This document shows positions 15,179 through 29,772 of a DNA stretch of 64,000 bases, piece by piece. The first letter of the stretch is position 1. The number at the start of each line of letters is the position of its first letter. Both the position numbers and the translations under genes were made by a program. The stretch covers positions 35,836,001 to 35,900,000 of the forward strand of contig OZ024745.1 of assembly GCA_964016885.1 (NCBI GenBank), written 5' to 3'. The notes under the pieces are model-generated. The model was not told where the DNA came from. It did no database searches and saw nothing but the letters and a program-made list of their open reading frames with translations. Source of the DNA: Eledone cirrhosa. Lineage: Eukaryota.

Positions 15179-17103
15179 AAACTTTCGGACTTTCGCAATT
15201 ATCTCCCTTACACCTCTCGCACGCAATTTAGTATTGCCTGAGGGAAGTGACCGTTTCTGCGCATGCGCCTTCGTACGGTTGTCCTACCTGTTCCGTATAA
15301 CCATGTCCATTACGAGCTGAGTATCCGTATGGTGACACAATTGTTCTCGGTATAGTGAACTAACTGTTGTGTAACCACTTCTATATATATATATACTTCC
15401 TTATATCATTTAGAGTAATTTTAATGTTTATATTTTAGATCCATCGGTGCTTCACCTATATTGCCATACATTCCGGATGATATGGTTGGTGTTGTTTCAT
15501 GCTATTAACATTGAATTTTGGTCAATGATCTCTGCTCAGTTATGTGCAATTATAGTCAAGTTTAACCTTTGATTATTGCCTGTATTCTTTCATCAATTAA
15601 GGAGTGGTTTAGATGTTATTAGTGTATGTTTCATCATTTTAAATCTCTAGGAAAGTGTTATTAATAAAGCCTCCATAATGAAACATTTTAACGCTGTCGA
15701 TTTTATTGGTTTAAATCTCATTTTGATGTTGGATGCCTTTGTCGGAGCCCGCCTACTCAGTTTAAGCTTTCGATGAAAATGCTATGTTTGTTTTTTTACA
15801 AATTTTGTTTATATTGTGTGTATTGACATTTTCACTGGAATTTGCAAACGCCATCGGTTATTGGAAGCATGTTTTTGGTCTTGAATTTTGTTGTTAATAA
15901 GGATAGCTTTTATTTCACCATTTCTTTAGATAATGTTAGATCTTAAATTATATGTTATAATGCATTTTATATTTTTTGTAATTACGAACAGATTAGATGA
16001 TTAGATATGATCTCAAAGACAAAATCATACGATATTCACTAAGTGTTTCGATGGAATGCTTTATTTAGATGGCATAATATAAACATAGATAGTTGTCTAG
16101 AGATTGTATGACAATTTATAACATAGCCAATGTCAATACAATTGTAATAAGTCGTTGCTGTAATCCCTACTTAGGAGATCATTTGAAATTTCCTTCGCAT
16201 AAAACTCTACAAAATGAAATAAAACCTAATCCAAAACGATTAATGAAACATGTTAGCAAGGTAACAGTTAGAACAATCCAGAAACTAATTCAGAGCACTA
16301 AATACATTGGTCATTACAATTAATAAAAATAAACCAATAGATAGTGTATTACATGAATCAAATGCATACTAAATTTAGAAAGGGTAGAGGCGATACAAAA
16401 TAAAACATTAAAGAGAAAATATGTTGCATGCAAACATGAATTATGAGTAGCTGTATGTACATGAATGGTGATGTTTGTATAATTTTACAATGTAATTATG
16501 TGGAGGTATAGAGGTAAAATAGTAAAACTTTACTAGCTCACAAGCTGAACAAGTTGCAAAAGCTAGTTTGCGGATGTGCTGTTTCCTATCTGTGTAATCT
16601 CTCCTCCAAGCCACATCAATCTCACTCAGTTTTCGTCATCTCGTTGCTAGCATTGAGACCTACCCATTGCGCAACAATGTAACATTTCTACTAATCTCTA
16701 CTTTCTTTGTGAAGTTTTTTTTTTTTTTTTTTAAATTCTGCAAACTTTCAACCGACAGATGTTTAAGTTGAACATTAGCTAAAATAATTTATAAAATGTT
16801 TTTGGCAGAATACCTTATAAAACTAAGTGACCTACAAATCACCTTTGTAATGATTTATTCTTTACAATTGAATGTCGTATTCCCAGGATCAAATCTCTGA
16901 CTACTATACGCTAGACTGATCGCTATCATTTTAATTGCACAGCACGTATCATTTGTCTTGAAGATGATATCTATTCTCAATTAAGCAGGATTGACAAGCA
17001 GTAGGAATATTGCAATGTTTAATGGTAACCATGGTAACCCTTTAGAGAGCATTGCCATTTTCACAAAAGCTAATGTCTTAAATATAATATATATGTAATA
17101 TAT

Positions 17104-17134
<31 letters not shown>

Positions 17135-18042
17135 GCAATGGACCTACATTTGTTTCCCTCAGTTACCTATTACTATTTTTTCTACAGTAGGTTACTAAAA
17201 TGGATTTAATAGTTTATATTTTTTTTAATTGTACCTAGAAATATTCCAGCACTACATCAATGAGAGAAAACATTCTGGAAATGTCTTTATGTCATCAATA
17301 TTTGAAAATACCATGGTTGAATTTTGATCACTAATTGGATATGAATGACCCCAGATAACATTCAAATCTACAGTTTACTTTTGAGAACACACTAAGATAA
17401 CTTCTTAATGATATTATGTTGTCGTATGACAAGTAAATGCTTGGCTATCTTCATGTTAGAAATCTAACGTTTAATCAAATACGCATAGTTTTAATATATT
17501 TCAGTAATGCACGCATATAATAAATTGGTTTAGTATTCTGAGTTACCGTGTGTTATCCATTACATCAAGCTGAAATATAACCATAAATTCATTGTAAATA
17601 TAACCATAAATTCATTGTAAATATAAATGTATTAATTGTAAATTCCCAAATATAAATATTTGTTTACCTGTCGTGAACATCCTTACCGGAAACAAGTTTC
17701 GAAATCAAACTTACAATAAAATAAAATAAACTAACATTCAGAACATTTAATTTGTTGCTTATGGAGCTACTGGGAGGTCTGAATAAATTCGATAAAATTC
17801 GGAAGAAATATTTCAGTAACAAAATATTCTGATTTCTGAAGGGACCACCTGTTAGGAAATACGTAAACGTAAGTGATTTGATTTGAATGCGCAGATAACA
17901 TGAGATAATAATATTTAATTTGAGAGAAGAATTGCCAGAATGGGTGAAATTATAATGAATCCTACATCTGATCGACAAAACATTGTTATGCCGGAGAAAT
18001 AAGAATGCCTGGTATAGTAGAATATGAATATATATATATATA

Positions 18043-18800
18043 TATGTAAAAATGTAGGTCCAAAGAATCATTAGATAAAATATATACTGTATTTCCTCTC
18101 CCAATCAATAAATCAACCACACAAAAAATCATTTAAACGAGGCTATAAGTTTAAAATGTACTTATGAAGAAATAATAGACAAATGATATAGCTTCTTTTC
18201 CGCGAAGTACAGCCATATGATATTTACCTAATATTCCTTCTAGCCTGTAGAAATTGACCATACATATAGTTAACTACACGTAATTAGGTACAACATCGAA
18301 GTTAGAAGAAAAAAATGTACATACACTTTACCAGAATCTTCATAATCTCTACCAACCTGCGAAAAATGTTTGAAAAATCTTAGTCCAGTCTGAGGTATCT
18401 CCTAATGAGTTCCGAGCCTCTTGGATTTATCCAAGACCGGATATATCCAAAAAGTGGATCGAAACCGGCGGTTGGTAGAGATTATGAAGATTCTGGTAAA
18501 GTTTACGTAAATTTTTTTCTCTAATTTCGATTTTGTACCTAATTAAGTGTAGTTAACTATATGTCTAGTCAATTTCTACATCCTAGAAGGAATATTAGGT
18601 ACATATCATATAGCTGTACAGGAAATACTGTATATATGTATATTCCTGTGAGGAAATACTGTATATATTTTATCTAATGATTCGTTGGACTTACATTTTT
18701 ACATATTGCTCTGATTATTAATTATTTAATTAATTCTTCATTGAGCCACACCGTGAATGGTTGCCAAAAACATATATATGTATCTATGATTTTGTCTAAT
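18043..18800 (+). mobile_element. Asymmetric fold-back insertion between (TA)n runs
   Basis: Arms ~18043-18357 vs ~18471-18705 (right arm has an internal deletion) plus an extra right tail to ~18800; related to 12388-13130. Confidence 0.8.
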
Positions 18801-18820
18801 TTATATATATACTCTTTAAA

Positions 18821-18886
<66 letters not shown>

Positions 18887-18898
18887 CTGTTTGTGTGT

Positions 18899-18930
<32 letters not shown>

Positions 18931-19669
18931 CAGATATTTCTATAACCAGTAACGTATATATAATAAAACCACAGTTATAGATTTGAAAGTCCGTGAAGGT
19001 TGTTCTAGTCCTGAAAGAGTAGTGTATCTCGGATATTATTGAGGCGGATGCTGATAATTTCCCACCACAGATTACCATAATTACATATAATGAATACCTT
19101 TACCATTAGAGCTAACAGAACGTCCACTTTAACAGCATCGTTTTATCATGGGATACGTTTAGCGAAATTCATCCTGTTGCAAATAAAAGCCCTGACAAAA
19201 CATTATTCTCCCCACCAACATATAACATACCTGACACTGAATTACAAAGCTGCGGGAATTTAAGCTACATATAAGATATCTCTATCATCAGGATACTCCA
19301 GTGTGTAAAACATGTGAAAAAACATGTGAAAACATGTTTTAACTATTTCATTATATGATTATATTAGAAAGTATTCAGTAGAATCTTAAAGGTATAGAAT
19401 AAACATTGATGATGTTTCAAGTCATTTCGACAAAGGTATTATCTGAGATGTTAGTTGCATATCGTGTAGCTTATTATATTCTTATGACAGAGCCGCAAAT
19501 ACTGAACGATTTCGCACACACACTCACACACATACACCACAAACACTCACACACATACACACACTCTGACACACAAACACACACACAACCCCCCCCCCCA
19601 CACACACACTCACATGCACACACACACACACACTCACGCACACACTCATACATATATATATATATATAT

Positions 19670-19862
19670 AACGAAGAAGTGTGGTAAGGAAACAGATGGA
19701 CCATACCGCACCAGAGTACTCAATACTTAGGGTAGTAAAGTGGGTAACAGGAAAAGGTTTGACCCCGACGGCAGAGCTCAAGCCGTTTCGACGGCTATTT
19801 CTGTCTAGAAATAGCTGTCGAAACGGCTTGAGCTCTGCCGTCGGGGTCAACATTGTTCCTCT
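19670..19862 (-). mobile_element. Family A mini fold-back (HHR 3' half)
   Basis: Palindrome 19759-19802 / 19807-19850 of agaaatagccgtcGAAACGGCttgagctctGCCGTC^ggggtc, with a long left tail to (TA)n. Same family at 25888, 46762 and 47017. Confidence 0.85.
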
Positions 19863-19900
19863 TGCTCTCTCTCTCTCCCCCTCTCTCTCACTCTCTCTCA

Positions 19901-19987
<87 letters not shown>

Positions 19988-22548
19988 CATATATACAGAA
20001 ACATATATGTTTCTGTATTTTGTTTATGCGAACAATGCCAACATATACAAATTACTCTACATGTCAAAGGATAGCGTGTGTACGGCATATGAACAATAAA
20101 CATGTATGTATGTCTGTGTGTGTATGTGTTGTATGTAGATGAGTGTGTTTCGTCCACAGTAATAATTTCCCCTTTTGATGACAGCTTTAGTATTCAAATG
20201 CCCGTCCAGTATCAATAAAAACATCTCAATATTTAAATTTTATTCTTAAATTTATATTGATTTATTCTTAAATATATTATTTCGAAGTAACTCATATTTA
20301 AATAAAGGTGATTTCATGATATTATTTTAATTTTGCTTAAAAGGAGGACTGTCATTTAGTTGCATTTCAAAATAGAGTTACTCTCTATTTCTATGACGAA
20401 CTAATGGAGGACCTTCACATGACCTGGCTGGAGAAGCAACAAATTAGCTCATGTATCGTACATTGTATAGTGCAGTACTAGAAATGCAAAAATACGCAGC
20501 CCGCCGAAAAGGCAATCCCTATTCTGAATCGAACTGAAGGTAAACAATAATAACAACAATATCATTTCCTCAAGACTTGCGCTATGTTGATTAATAGGGC
20601 TTGTTGAGCTCCTATATTTGTGCGAGAAATTATTAGTAAATATACACGTCTATATTTGTGACTTCATATGTATGTGACGGCCCCATTTTCAAGAAGTGCT
20701 ATGTCTGAGTGTATATTTAATAGATTAAAACGTATGGACACAAGCAACTATAAAATGAAGATTTCGTACTACGTCAGATGAAAAACAACATTTAAACAAG
20801 TATGTCAGAAAACAACCTACCACCCTTCATATATTATTGATTAGCGACGATTTGCCATTTATAATTATTTATTAATTAGTGTCTTCTTATAAAAGAACAT
20901 AGTATATAGACATGTGAATGAACGTAGACTTTTATTAATTACTATTCTAATTTATTTCAAATTATCTGTGATTCACTTTATTTTATGTCAGCAAAATTAT
21001 TATTTTATTCTATTCAGGATAGAAGAAGATATAACAAAATTGTAATGTATTTGACGTTAAAGAGATCATTGTTATATTTCTCTAAACATAATTATCTTTA
21101 ATTTCGAAGTAGTGAACAAAATCTTATACAGAGCAATATGTTTTTTTTTCTAAAGTCCTTACATTATTGGTTGTTAAATTATTAGGAAGAATATCTTAGC
21201 CTACGGGCGATTTAATATCAGTAAATTAGATACCACTAATATTTTGAAGGGTTGATTATGCTTTCTTCACTTGTACAGGAATGTCTTGGAATGTAGGATG
21301 CAATCTATCACAGTTAGTTGTAAGGTTTCATAAAGGATGTTACTGAAATTTGTTTCATAAGTTTATCAGTCTTCGCGCAATGCAGTTCTATTGCAATATT
21401 CTAATGAACACTTCGAATTGTTCGGAAGCATAAGCTACTAAAGGTGATAGGCGTCCCATATAACCAATTGTTGGTGCACGTAAACCTCAGGCCACATCCA
21501 TCTAAATATTTTGATTATACATTTTATCAAGATGGCGTGAGGCAAAGCTATAGAATGTGCAAAATCAGTTGATAAGTTTACATAGAAGGTAGTTTGGGGT
21601 ATAAAAGTTTGGTTACGACACATAAAACAAGAATTATTTGGATAAACGATGTATGAATTCTGAGATTGTCACGCGCAGTTTCGTTTTTCAAATCAACATG
21701 AAATACTGGGTGGTATATAAAACAGAGTAATTTACTGGTGCATAAATATTTGTTCAGACATTTGTAATTAGGATATGATCTAGACTATATGTGTATACCA
21801 CCTACCAATACCGAAGAAGTATTCTAATAAGATACATACGTATAACTTGTATAAAATCAGTATTTGTTTCGAGCTAAAACACCTTGTGTCTTATAAAAGT
21901 AATCTAAACATTTTAAATTCTAGAAGAATAGATATTTTTATATTGTATAAATGTATTAAACATTTGAACTCACCAGGACTACTGCTTAATAAAGACTATA
22001 AGGATTTTAATTATGGGCAGTAGATTTCAGAAATAGATCATACTATTTTTTTAATGAGTATAGTCTATGTTTTAATGTCTTTGGTGGAAACTATTTGGTA
22101 ATGTCCCCATGAGACAATGATTTCAGTGGTTTTATTCATAAAAGCAGAGTAAGTTTGAATTGAGATCTTTATACGAGTGGGAAGTTTACCAAGCGTGGCG
22201 CCAGGTATTACCTGCTTAGTAGTTCGTGGGTAATTCGAAGTAACAGATACCAACACACTGGGTGGATCAATAAATGGTTTGTGTGACATAACAGGTATTA
22301 TATATTTTTATTATAAAACATCCTACACACTACCAATTACACACTGTAAACATGAAACAATTCACATACCACATATTCGATACAAACAAGGCTTACATAT
22401 TAAAATCCAAAAAAGCAAAAGAGATATTGCATATAAACTCAATTCTACAAACCATCAAAGCAATAACGGAGTTATATCTGATTATCAAATCTAAAGTAGC
22501 ATGAATATTAAGAAGTAACGGTGATAATTATAACAATAATAATACATG

Positions 22549-22735
22549 TTTCTACATTTGGAACAGGGCCAGCAATTTGGAGCGAAGGAAAAATCGACTA
22601 AATCTCACCAGTGTGTTACTGGTACATTAGCTTAACGACTACAAACATAATCTCGGCGAGGTTTGAACTCAGGACGTAAAGAGACGTAACTGTATACTGT
22701 ATCGTTCAACATTAAACCGATACCGCCAATAGACC
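22549..22735 (-). mobile_element. tRNA-derived SINE, family 1
   Basis: Diverged copy of 1066-1245 (tttctacatttgg..ggccagcaatt..tactggtac..tttgaactcag). Confidence 0.7.
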
Positions 22736-22807
22736 ACATATAACACGTTACAAGTAATAATAAAAATACCAACTCTGGGAGAAGAGAAAAAGAAAGATTG
22801 AATGAAA

Positions 22808-22842
<35 letters not shown>

Positions 22843-23374
22843 AGAAGAAGAAGGGTGCGAACAGATGAAGATAATGATCAGGAAGAGGTGGAGGACAAAT
22901 ATTAAAAAACGAATTAGAGAAATAAAATAAGATATTCGAAGAAATTTCATAAATGTGAGGAAATAATACATTATTCATGATGGCATCTGGTCAGTGTATT
23001 GTCATTTATTCCCGTTTATCTTTTCAGTTGGTTTTACTTTGGGACAGCGTAACAACAGCTCTGGAGAAAGATGGTTAAAAACTATTGTTGCACATGAGTA
23101 CCTATATTTCAGGCTTCGTTAAATTCGTCTAGCTGTTTTAGAATTCATAAACATCGTAATAATGATAATATTAATAAATATCTTAAAGTAATATTTAGAA
23201 TTGTAATCATTACAATGGACGAATAATCTACCGATTATGTTTACTATGTTGAAAATATTTCATAGATATCAAAAGTCTTGACCCTCGGCATAAATGCTGA
23301 AACGCTCGTAAAAAAATGGATAACCGAGCAAACATCCTGCCTGCATGTGGCTAATGTATGAATATATTGGATAT

Positions 23375-23782
23375 ATATTATTTTTTTTTTTTTTATAGAG
23401 TTGTGATATATTAGTAAAAAGGAAAAGAAAATGGTGACAAATGTTTTCCAATGAAAAATAGTTTAATTAGGAATAAGTATAAATTACTAATAAGTATTGG
23501 TTAGTATTCAATTTAAGTTTTTACCGGTTGCGCATTTCTTATGCTTTTCGAAAATAATTTTGAGATAGAGTGCTCGTGATTTTTGCTCAAATCAGATTAG
23601 AGCAAAAATCACGAGCACTCTATCTCAAAATTATTTTTGAAAAGCATAAGAAATGCGCAACCGGTAAAAACTAAAATTGAATACTAACTAATACTTATTA
23701 CTAATTTATACTTATTCCTAATTGAACTATTTTTCACTGGGAAAAATTTGTCAGCATTTTCTTTTCCTTTTTACTAATATAT
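23375..23782. mobile_element. Palindromic insertion with HHR-like variant
   Basis: Arms 23406-23593 / 23596-23782 with almost no spacer and TA flanks. 23634-23670 reads TTTT-TGAAAA-GCATaagaaATGC-GCAA-CCGG-TA^AAAA. Confidence 0.8.
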
Positions 23783-23799
23783 ATATATATATACAGTAT

Positions 23800-25601
23800 A
23801 TATTGGTCAATTTAGTTGTAGTGATTAGTTTAGTTCTTTGCACTCTAAAATAACAAGGCTCATCACTTAACCATAATAAATGTATATTTAAACTCTACTC
23901 CGATATTGAATATTTATTCTTATGTCCATCAATAATTCACATACTCTCAGGTATTGAATGATCATCCTCCCTCGTACTTATTAAATCTGTATCCAACCCC
24001 CCACCCCCGTGTTTATTCCAACACCCATCGCCTATTAAATTTTGCTAATCTATCTCTGGCGACATTTTATTATAAGTGATTCATATTGTTACAGTAGCTG
24101 GAGAATATAATAATAATAATAATTTTATTTTTCATTTAAAATAAAGAAACATCATATATGACAAAAATAGAACATGACAAGAAATCCCATATTTACGAAC
24201 GTACAATATACAATTACCGATTCCCCACGTCCCACTTATGAGAATTTCAGCAAATGTCCAAGCCCTGCTTGTTTCAGCCCCTACTATTATTTCGGACCCG
24301 AGAGTACTGCCAAACACTCACCTTCTCTATGACTATCACACAAAACTCTCTTTAAACACCTCTCTGTATATCTACTACCACCAAATTTTCCCCTCTCTAT
24401 GTCTACCACAATACTGCTTCTTTTATCTCCCTCTCTATATCTATCACTAACATATTCTACCCCTCTCTCTATATCAATTGTCACCAAAGTCTCCGCCGCT
24501 CTATATCTACCCTACAACACTCTCTCTCATTCCTTCTCATACTATTCAACACCACAAAACTTCCCCTCTCTATATCTATCAATACCTATGTCTATCAATT
24601 CTATCAATTTCCTCCAAACTCTCCTACCCTCAACATCAATCATACAAGACTCTCTTCCAACCCCGCTCTCTATATGAATAAACACCAACATCTCCCTCTC
24701 TCTATAACAACTGCACAGAACTCTCTTCAAATCACCCTCTCTATATCAATTAACAGCGAACTCTCCCGCTCTCTACATCTACCACACAACACTCTCGCTC
24801 TCTATCCACCACCAGTCAATTCTCCTCATTTATATATCTAATATACAACATTGTCTCCCAATCCCCCTCACTCAATCAATTACCACCAAACTCTCACCCT
24901 CTCTATATCGAATATACACTACTCTCTCTATATATCAATCAATACTACATTTCCCCTTCTCTATACCACATTCAACCCCCCTCCCTATATTAATTACGTC
25001 TATTCTCTCCACTTCTCTATATCTAACATACAAAATAATCTTTGAATCCCCCTCTATATATACATTACCAACAAACTATCCACAATTTATATCTACCATA
25101 AAACTCTCTCTTTCAATACCCTTCTCTATATCAATTACCAATATACTGTCCCTCTCTTTATATCTATTACATGGTACTCCTCCAATTCCCCTCCCTATAT
25201 TAATTAACACTAAACTCTCTTCCTTTTTATATCGACCACGACACTGCCTCTCTTAATGCCTCTCTCAAATACTCTTAAGCCAGGAATACCCTCCCGCTCC
25301 GTTTTCATTCCATCCACCACCCTCTCCGCTTATTAAAGTTTACTAATCTACCACCGGTGAAATGATATTGTAAGTGATTCAGATCGATACAGCAACTGGA
25401 GAATCTAATAATAATTTTATTTTACAATAAAAAAGGAAAATATGTGACATAAAAAGAACATTATAAAAAATCCCGTATTTATGAACATACACTATACAAT
25501 TACCGATTCTCCACCATCGCTTATAAGAATTTCAGCAAATGTCCAACATCTTCCCCCCATTATCTGGGCTCTGAGTATATATATATATTGGACATTTGCT
25601 G

Positions 25602-25606
<5 letters not shown>
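23800..25606. repeat. Composite repeat: diverged ~240 bp direct repeats bracketing a degenerate CTCTCTATATC minisatellite
   Basis: 24030-24261 aligns with 25329-25547. 24310-25260 is made of ccctctctatatc(a/t)a units. Terminal short inverted repeat 25529-25547 / 25588-25606. The start motif recurs at ~26388-26435. Confidence 0.65.
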
Positions 25607-25670
<64 letters not shown>

Positions 25671-25828
25671 CAATATCGGAGAAAGCTTTTTAGCGATACT
25701 CCGGCCAAATTCCAACTCACTCAACAAACATTAGGAAATAAGTGATTATATTCCTAATTATGCGTTCGGGGTGCTAACTAAAAGTATTACGTGGAAAATT
25801 GGCTGTATTATTTCATATGAGACATATC

Positions 25829-25887
<59 letters not shown>

Positions 25888-25890
<3 letters not shown>

Positions 25891-26300
25891 AAATGTTCAA
25901 GACCCCGACGGCAGAGCTCAAGCCGTTTCGACGGCTATTTCTAGACTAAATTAGAATTGTTAGCGTGGTAAATAAATAGCCGAACTTTTCAAGAGTTAAT
26001 TCCTTATATGGGAAGATAGTTATCACAAGGATTGGTCAACATTTCTTGTAAACACAATTAAATCTTTCATTGCGGTGGGTGGGAGGTGGTGGTGGCTGAA
26101 CATGCCTGTAGAACAATGAGGGAGTGGGTGGATCCTATCAAGTTCGGCTATTTATTACCACGCTAAAAATTCTAATTAATTTCAGAAATAGCCGTCGAAA
26201 CGGCTTGAGGTCTGCCGTCGGGGTCTTGAACATTTTCCTATTACCCACTCTAAGTATTGAGTACTCTTGTGCGTTATGGTCCATCTGGTTCCTTACTACG
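25888..26300 (+). mobile_element. Family A fold-back with longest arms
   Basis: Arms 25888-25986 / 26140-26240, right tail to 26300, (TA)n on both sides. Minus strand 25901-25997 gives a full HHR-like fold with a TTGAAAA core. Confidence 0.85.
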
Positions 26301-26301
26301 T

Positions 26302-26349
<48 letters not shown>

Positions 26350-27134
26350 GCAGTGGAGGAATTTGTGAATTGGTGTGGGTTGCAAATTTGGTCAATTCAG
26401 TGTTACTGATTAGTTTAGCTCTTTGCACTCTAACATGCCCAGAAAATGCAATTTGAGTCCAAGTAGGTCAAATTACATTTACAACTTTCAATAATTATAA
26501 AGTGATTATAACAATGTGACCAATGAAATCTGCAATTGGCAAATAGTGATATGTGGAGAAAAAAGATGACATGACAAAAAAAATTTACTATGAAAGGTAA
26601 GATGATATATTACAGTGTTATCAAATATTAAGCAACATATATATAAACAAAATTCGATATGGGATAAACATAACATGTACATGGTAATTTGTATATATAT
26701 GACTGTGCGTACGTGTGTATTTATAATCATATCATTCATAATCATAAGTGTTTCTTATACTTTTGGCGTCTTCAACATATTTTCCTTTATCACCCTTCCT
26801 TTCCTTCTCTATTCCCATGTCATTACTTTAGTTTATCTCTCAATACGTCTATTTCTCTCGTTATCCCAGGCACTGTCATTTTAATCTGTCTATGTTTATC
26901 TGACTCCACATTCTATGTATTTCTCAGCGTAATTTTACTTAGCAACAAGCAAGCTTTAATTCTCAGTCACAAATATTTTCTCATATATACCTATACGCTC
27001 CCTGCCCATCTCTCACACTCTTTAATATGTTTCATGCGCACGTCTATATCAACCGCAGAAATAATCCGTATATACATACATAACGATGTAAACAAACGAA
27101 AGCTCATATATTATGAAATATAACTGTGTAGTTT

Positions 27135-27243
27135 GGCTGATACACACACATACGCACACACACGCACCCACACACACATGCACACACATACACACACGCA
27201 CACACACATATATATATATGTATGCATATATATATATGTATGC

Positions 27244-27279
<36 letters not shown>

Positions 27280-27536
27280 GTGTGTGTATGCATATATATG
27301 CATGTATGTATATATATATATATGTATATATATATGTGTGTGTGTGTATGTGTGTATATATGTATATATGTATGTGTGTGCGTGGGTATATATATATATG
27401 TGGATATATATATATATATATATATGTCTATATATATATATATATGGATATATATATATATGTTTGAATCTGTGTGTGAGTGTGCCTATACATCTATATA
27501 AGTATGTATGTATATATATATATGTGTGTATATATA

Positions 27537-27605
<69 letters not shown>

Positions 27606-27859
27606 GTGGAGGTATTATTTGGACTGTATTATATGCTAACATGTAGATTTGCTTTTCGTTATTTCTGTAAGTACACATTTTACAGAATTCAGAATATTTA
27701 TCTTAGTCACATTACCACTAATTTTTCCTTCACGGAGAACAGGATTGTAATCCTGAAAATATTTGTATTTCACTTTCTCATAGTCACTTACAAATACCAA
27801 GCAAGCCATTTGTGCATGCATTCACACGCCCATACAATTATACAAGGAAACACGCAAAC

Positions 27860-27910
<51 letters not shown>

Positions 27911-27938
27911 GATATATATATAGTTATATATATGTATG

Positions 27939-27979
<41 letters not shown>

Positions 27980-28040
27980 TTATATATATATATATATATT
28001 TATATATATAAATATATATATTTATATATATAAATATATA

Positions 28041-28082
<42 letters not shown>

Positions 28083-28090
28083 AATATATA

Positions 28091-28134
<44 letters not shown>

Positions 28135-28142
28135 AATATATA

Positions 28143-28215
<73 letters not shown>

Positions 28216-28337
28216 TTATATATATATATATATTTATATATATATAAATATATATAAATATATATATATATATTTATATATATATAAATATATATAAATA
28301 TATATATATATATTTATATATATATAAATATATATAA

Positions 28338-28369
<32 letters not shown>

Positions 28370-28376
28370 ATATATT

Positions 28377-28408
<32 letters not shown>

Positions 28409-28410
28409 TG
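27135..28410. repeat. Compound (CA)n/(TA)n/(TATG)n microsatellite region
   Basis: Direct inspection; a short non-repetitive interval lies at ~27605-27860. Confidence 0.9.
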
Positions 28411-28879
28411 TATAATATATATGCATATATGTCTGTATGTCTACGTTTGTAAGTGTGTGCGTGTGTGTATATACATGTGATTCGAATATTAAGTTATCTT
28501 GCAGTCATTTCGTAAAAATTCAAAGAAAAGCATTCAGTAAATCTTTATCAAATACAAGCGTCCAACGATCTGATTGCCAAGCCTCGACTAATCCAATATA
28601 ATCTAAAGTCATTATATTTATATATATGCCTTTTATATAACATGATCATTCTCTCTCTCTCCCTTTCATTCTCTCTCTCTCTTTTACTTTCTCTCATAAT
28701 TATTCTCTTTCTCCCTCTGCTTCTCTATATTTCAAAAATATCTCTTTGCCTATCTATAAGCATCGATTGATTTCATCTCACTCTCCCTAACACTTCCATC
28801 TCCCTCTATTTCAAACTATTTGCACACACAGACACATACAATCACATATATGTATGTTTAAACACATTCATACCAACTC

Positions 28880-28907
28880 GCACACACTCTCACATACACA
28901 CACACAT

Positions 28908-29005
<98 letters not shown>

Positions 29006-29035
29006 CCACACGCACACACACACACACACACACAT

Positions 29036-29069
<34 letters not shown>

Positions 29070-29200
29070 CTTTACATATGTATGTATGTATATATGTATG
29101 TATGTTTGTATGTATCTATGTATGTATGTGTGTGTGTATGTATGTGGGTGTGCGTGTGTGTCTACGTGTATATGCGTGTGTGTCTTCGTGTATATGCGTG
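28880..29200. repeat. (CA)n/(TA)n/(TG)n microsatellite
   Basis: Direct inspection. Confidence 0.95.
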
Positions 29201-29717
29201 TGTCTGTGCTGATTTATATGTGATTCTATCAGTATGTAACAGTATGTATGTATGAAAGTATTTATATGAATAGACACAACGAGCTAGGCACTGGTCATTT
29301 GTAATACGAAATATCGACCACCGTTAGACATCTAGACGACAATGTAAGCTATGAGCCAACCTCTTTTGGTTAGTTTTATTCTTCATGGATCGTCCTTCCA
29401 CTCTTCTACTCCGCTACTCTTACCCTCGCACAAGTCTACTATTCCTTTTCAGTTTAAGTAATCCATTGTATTTCATGGCATTTTTCTTTCTCTTTGATTT
29501 GTCTTGTTCGTTTTTAAAAAATACATTCCGTCTTTTAATTTATCACCATGGGTTCTACGCACATATACATACAAAACACATACATACGTACAATATATAC
29601 AGACACACACATATAATAAATCCATACACGTACACCTAGTTATATATAAGCATAAATATTATATATATATATATAGATGTGTATGTCTCATATATATATA
29701 TATATGTGTGTATGTGT

Positions 29718-29772
<55 letters not shown>

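Larger units (their letters stand above)
13930..15383 (+). mobile_element. 5'-truncated Penelope-like element with inverted copy (hairpin insertion)
   Basis: Arms 13974-14187 vs 15172-15383, GIY-YIG segments 14355-14635(-) vs 14880-15157(+), and (TA)n on both sides. Confidence 0.9.

Noticed and set aside
17572-17625. Short tandem duplications (also 764-815 and 54569-54629) as CRISPR-like repeats
   Set aside because: Only two units each, no spacer array, and a eukaryotic context.
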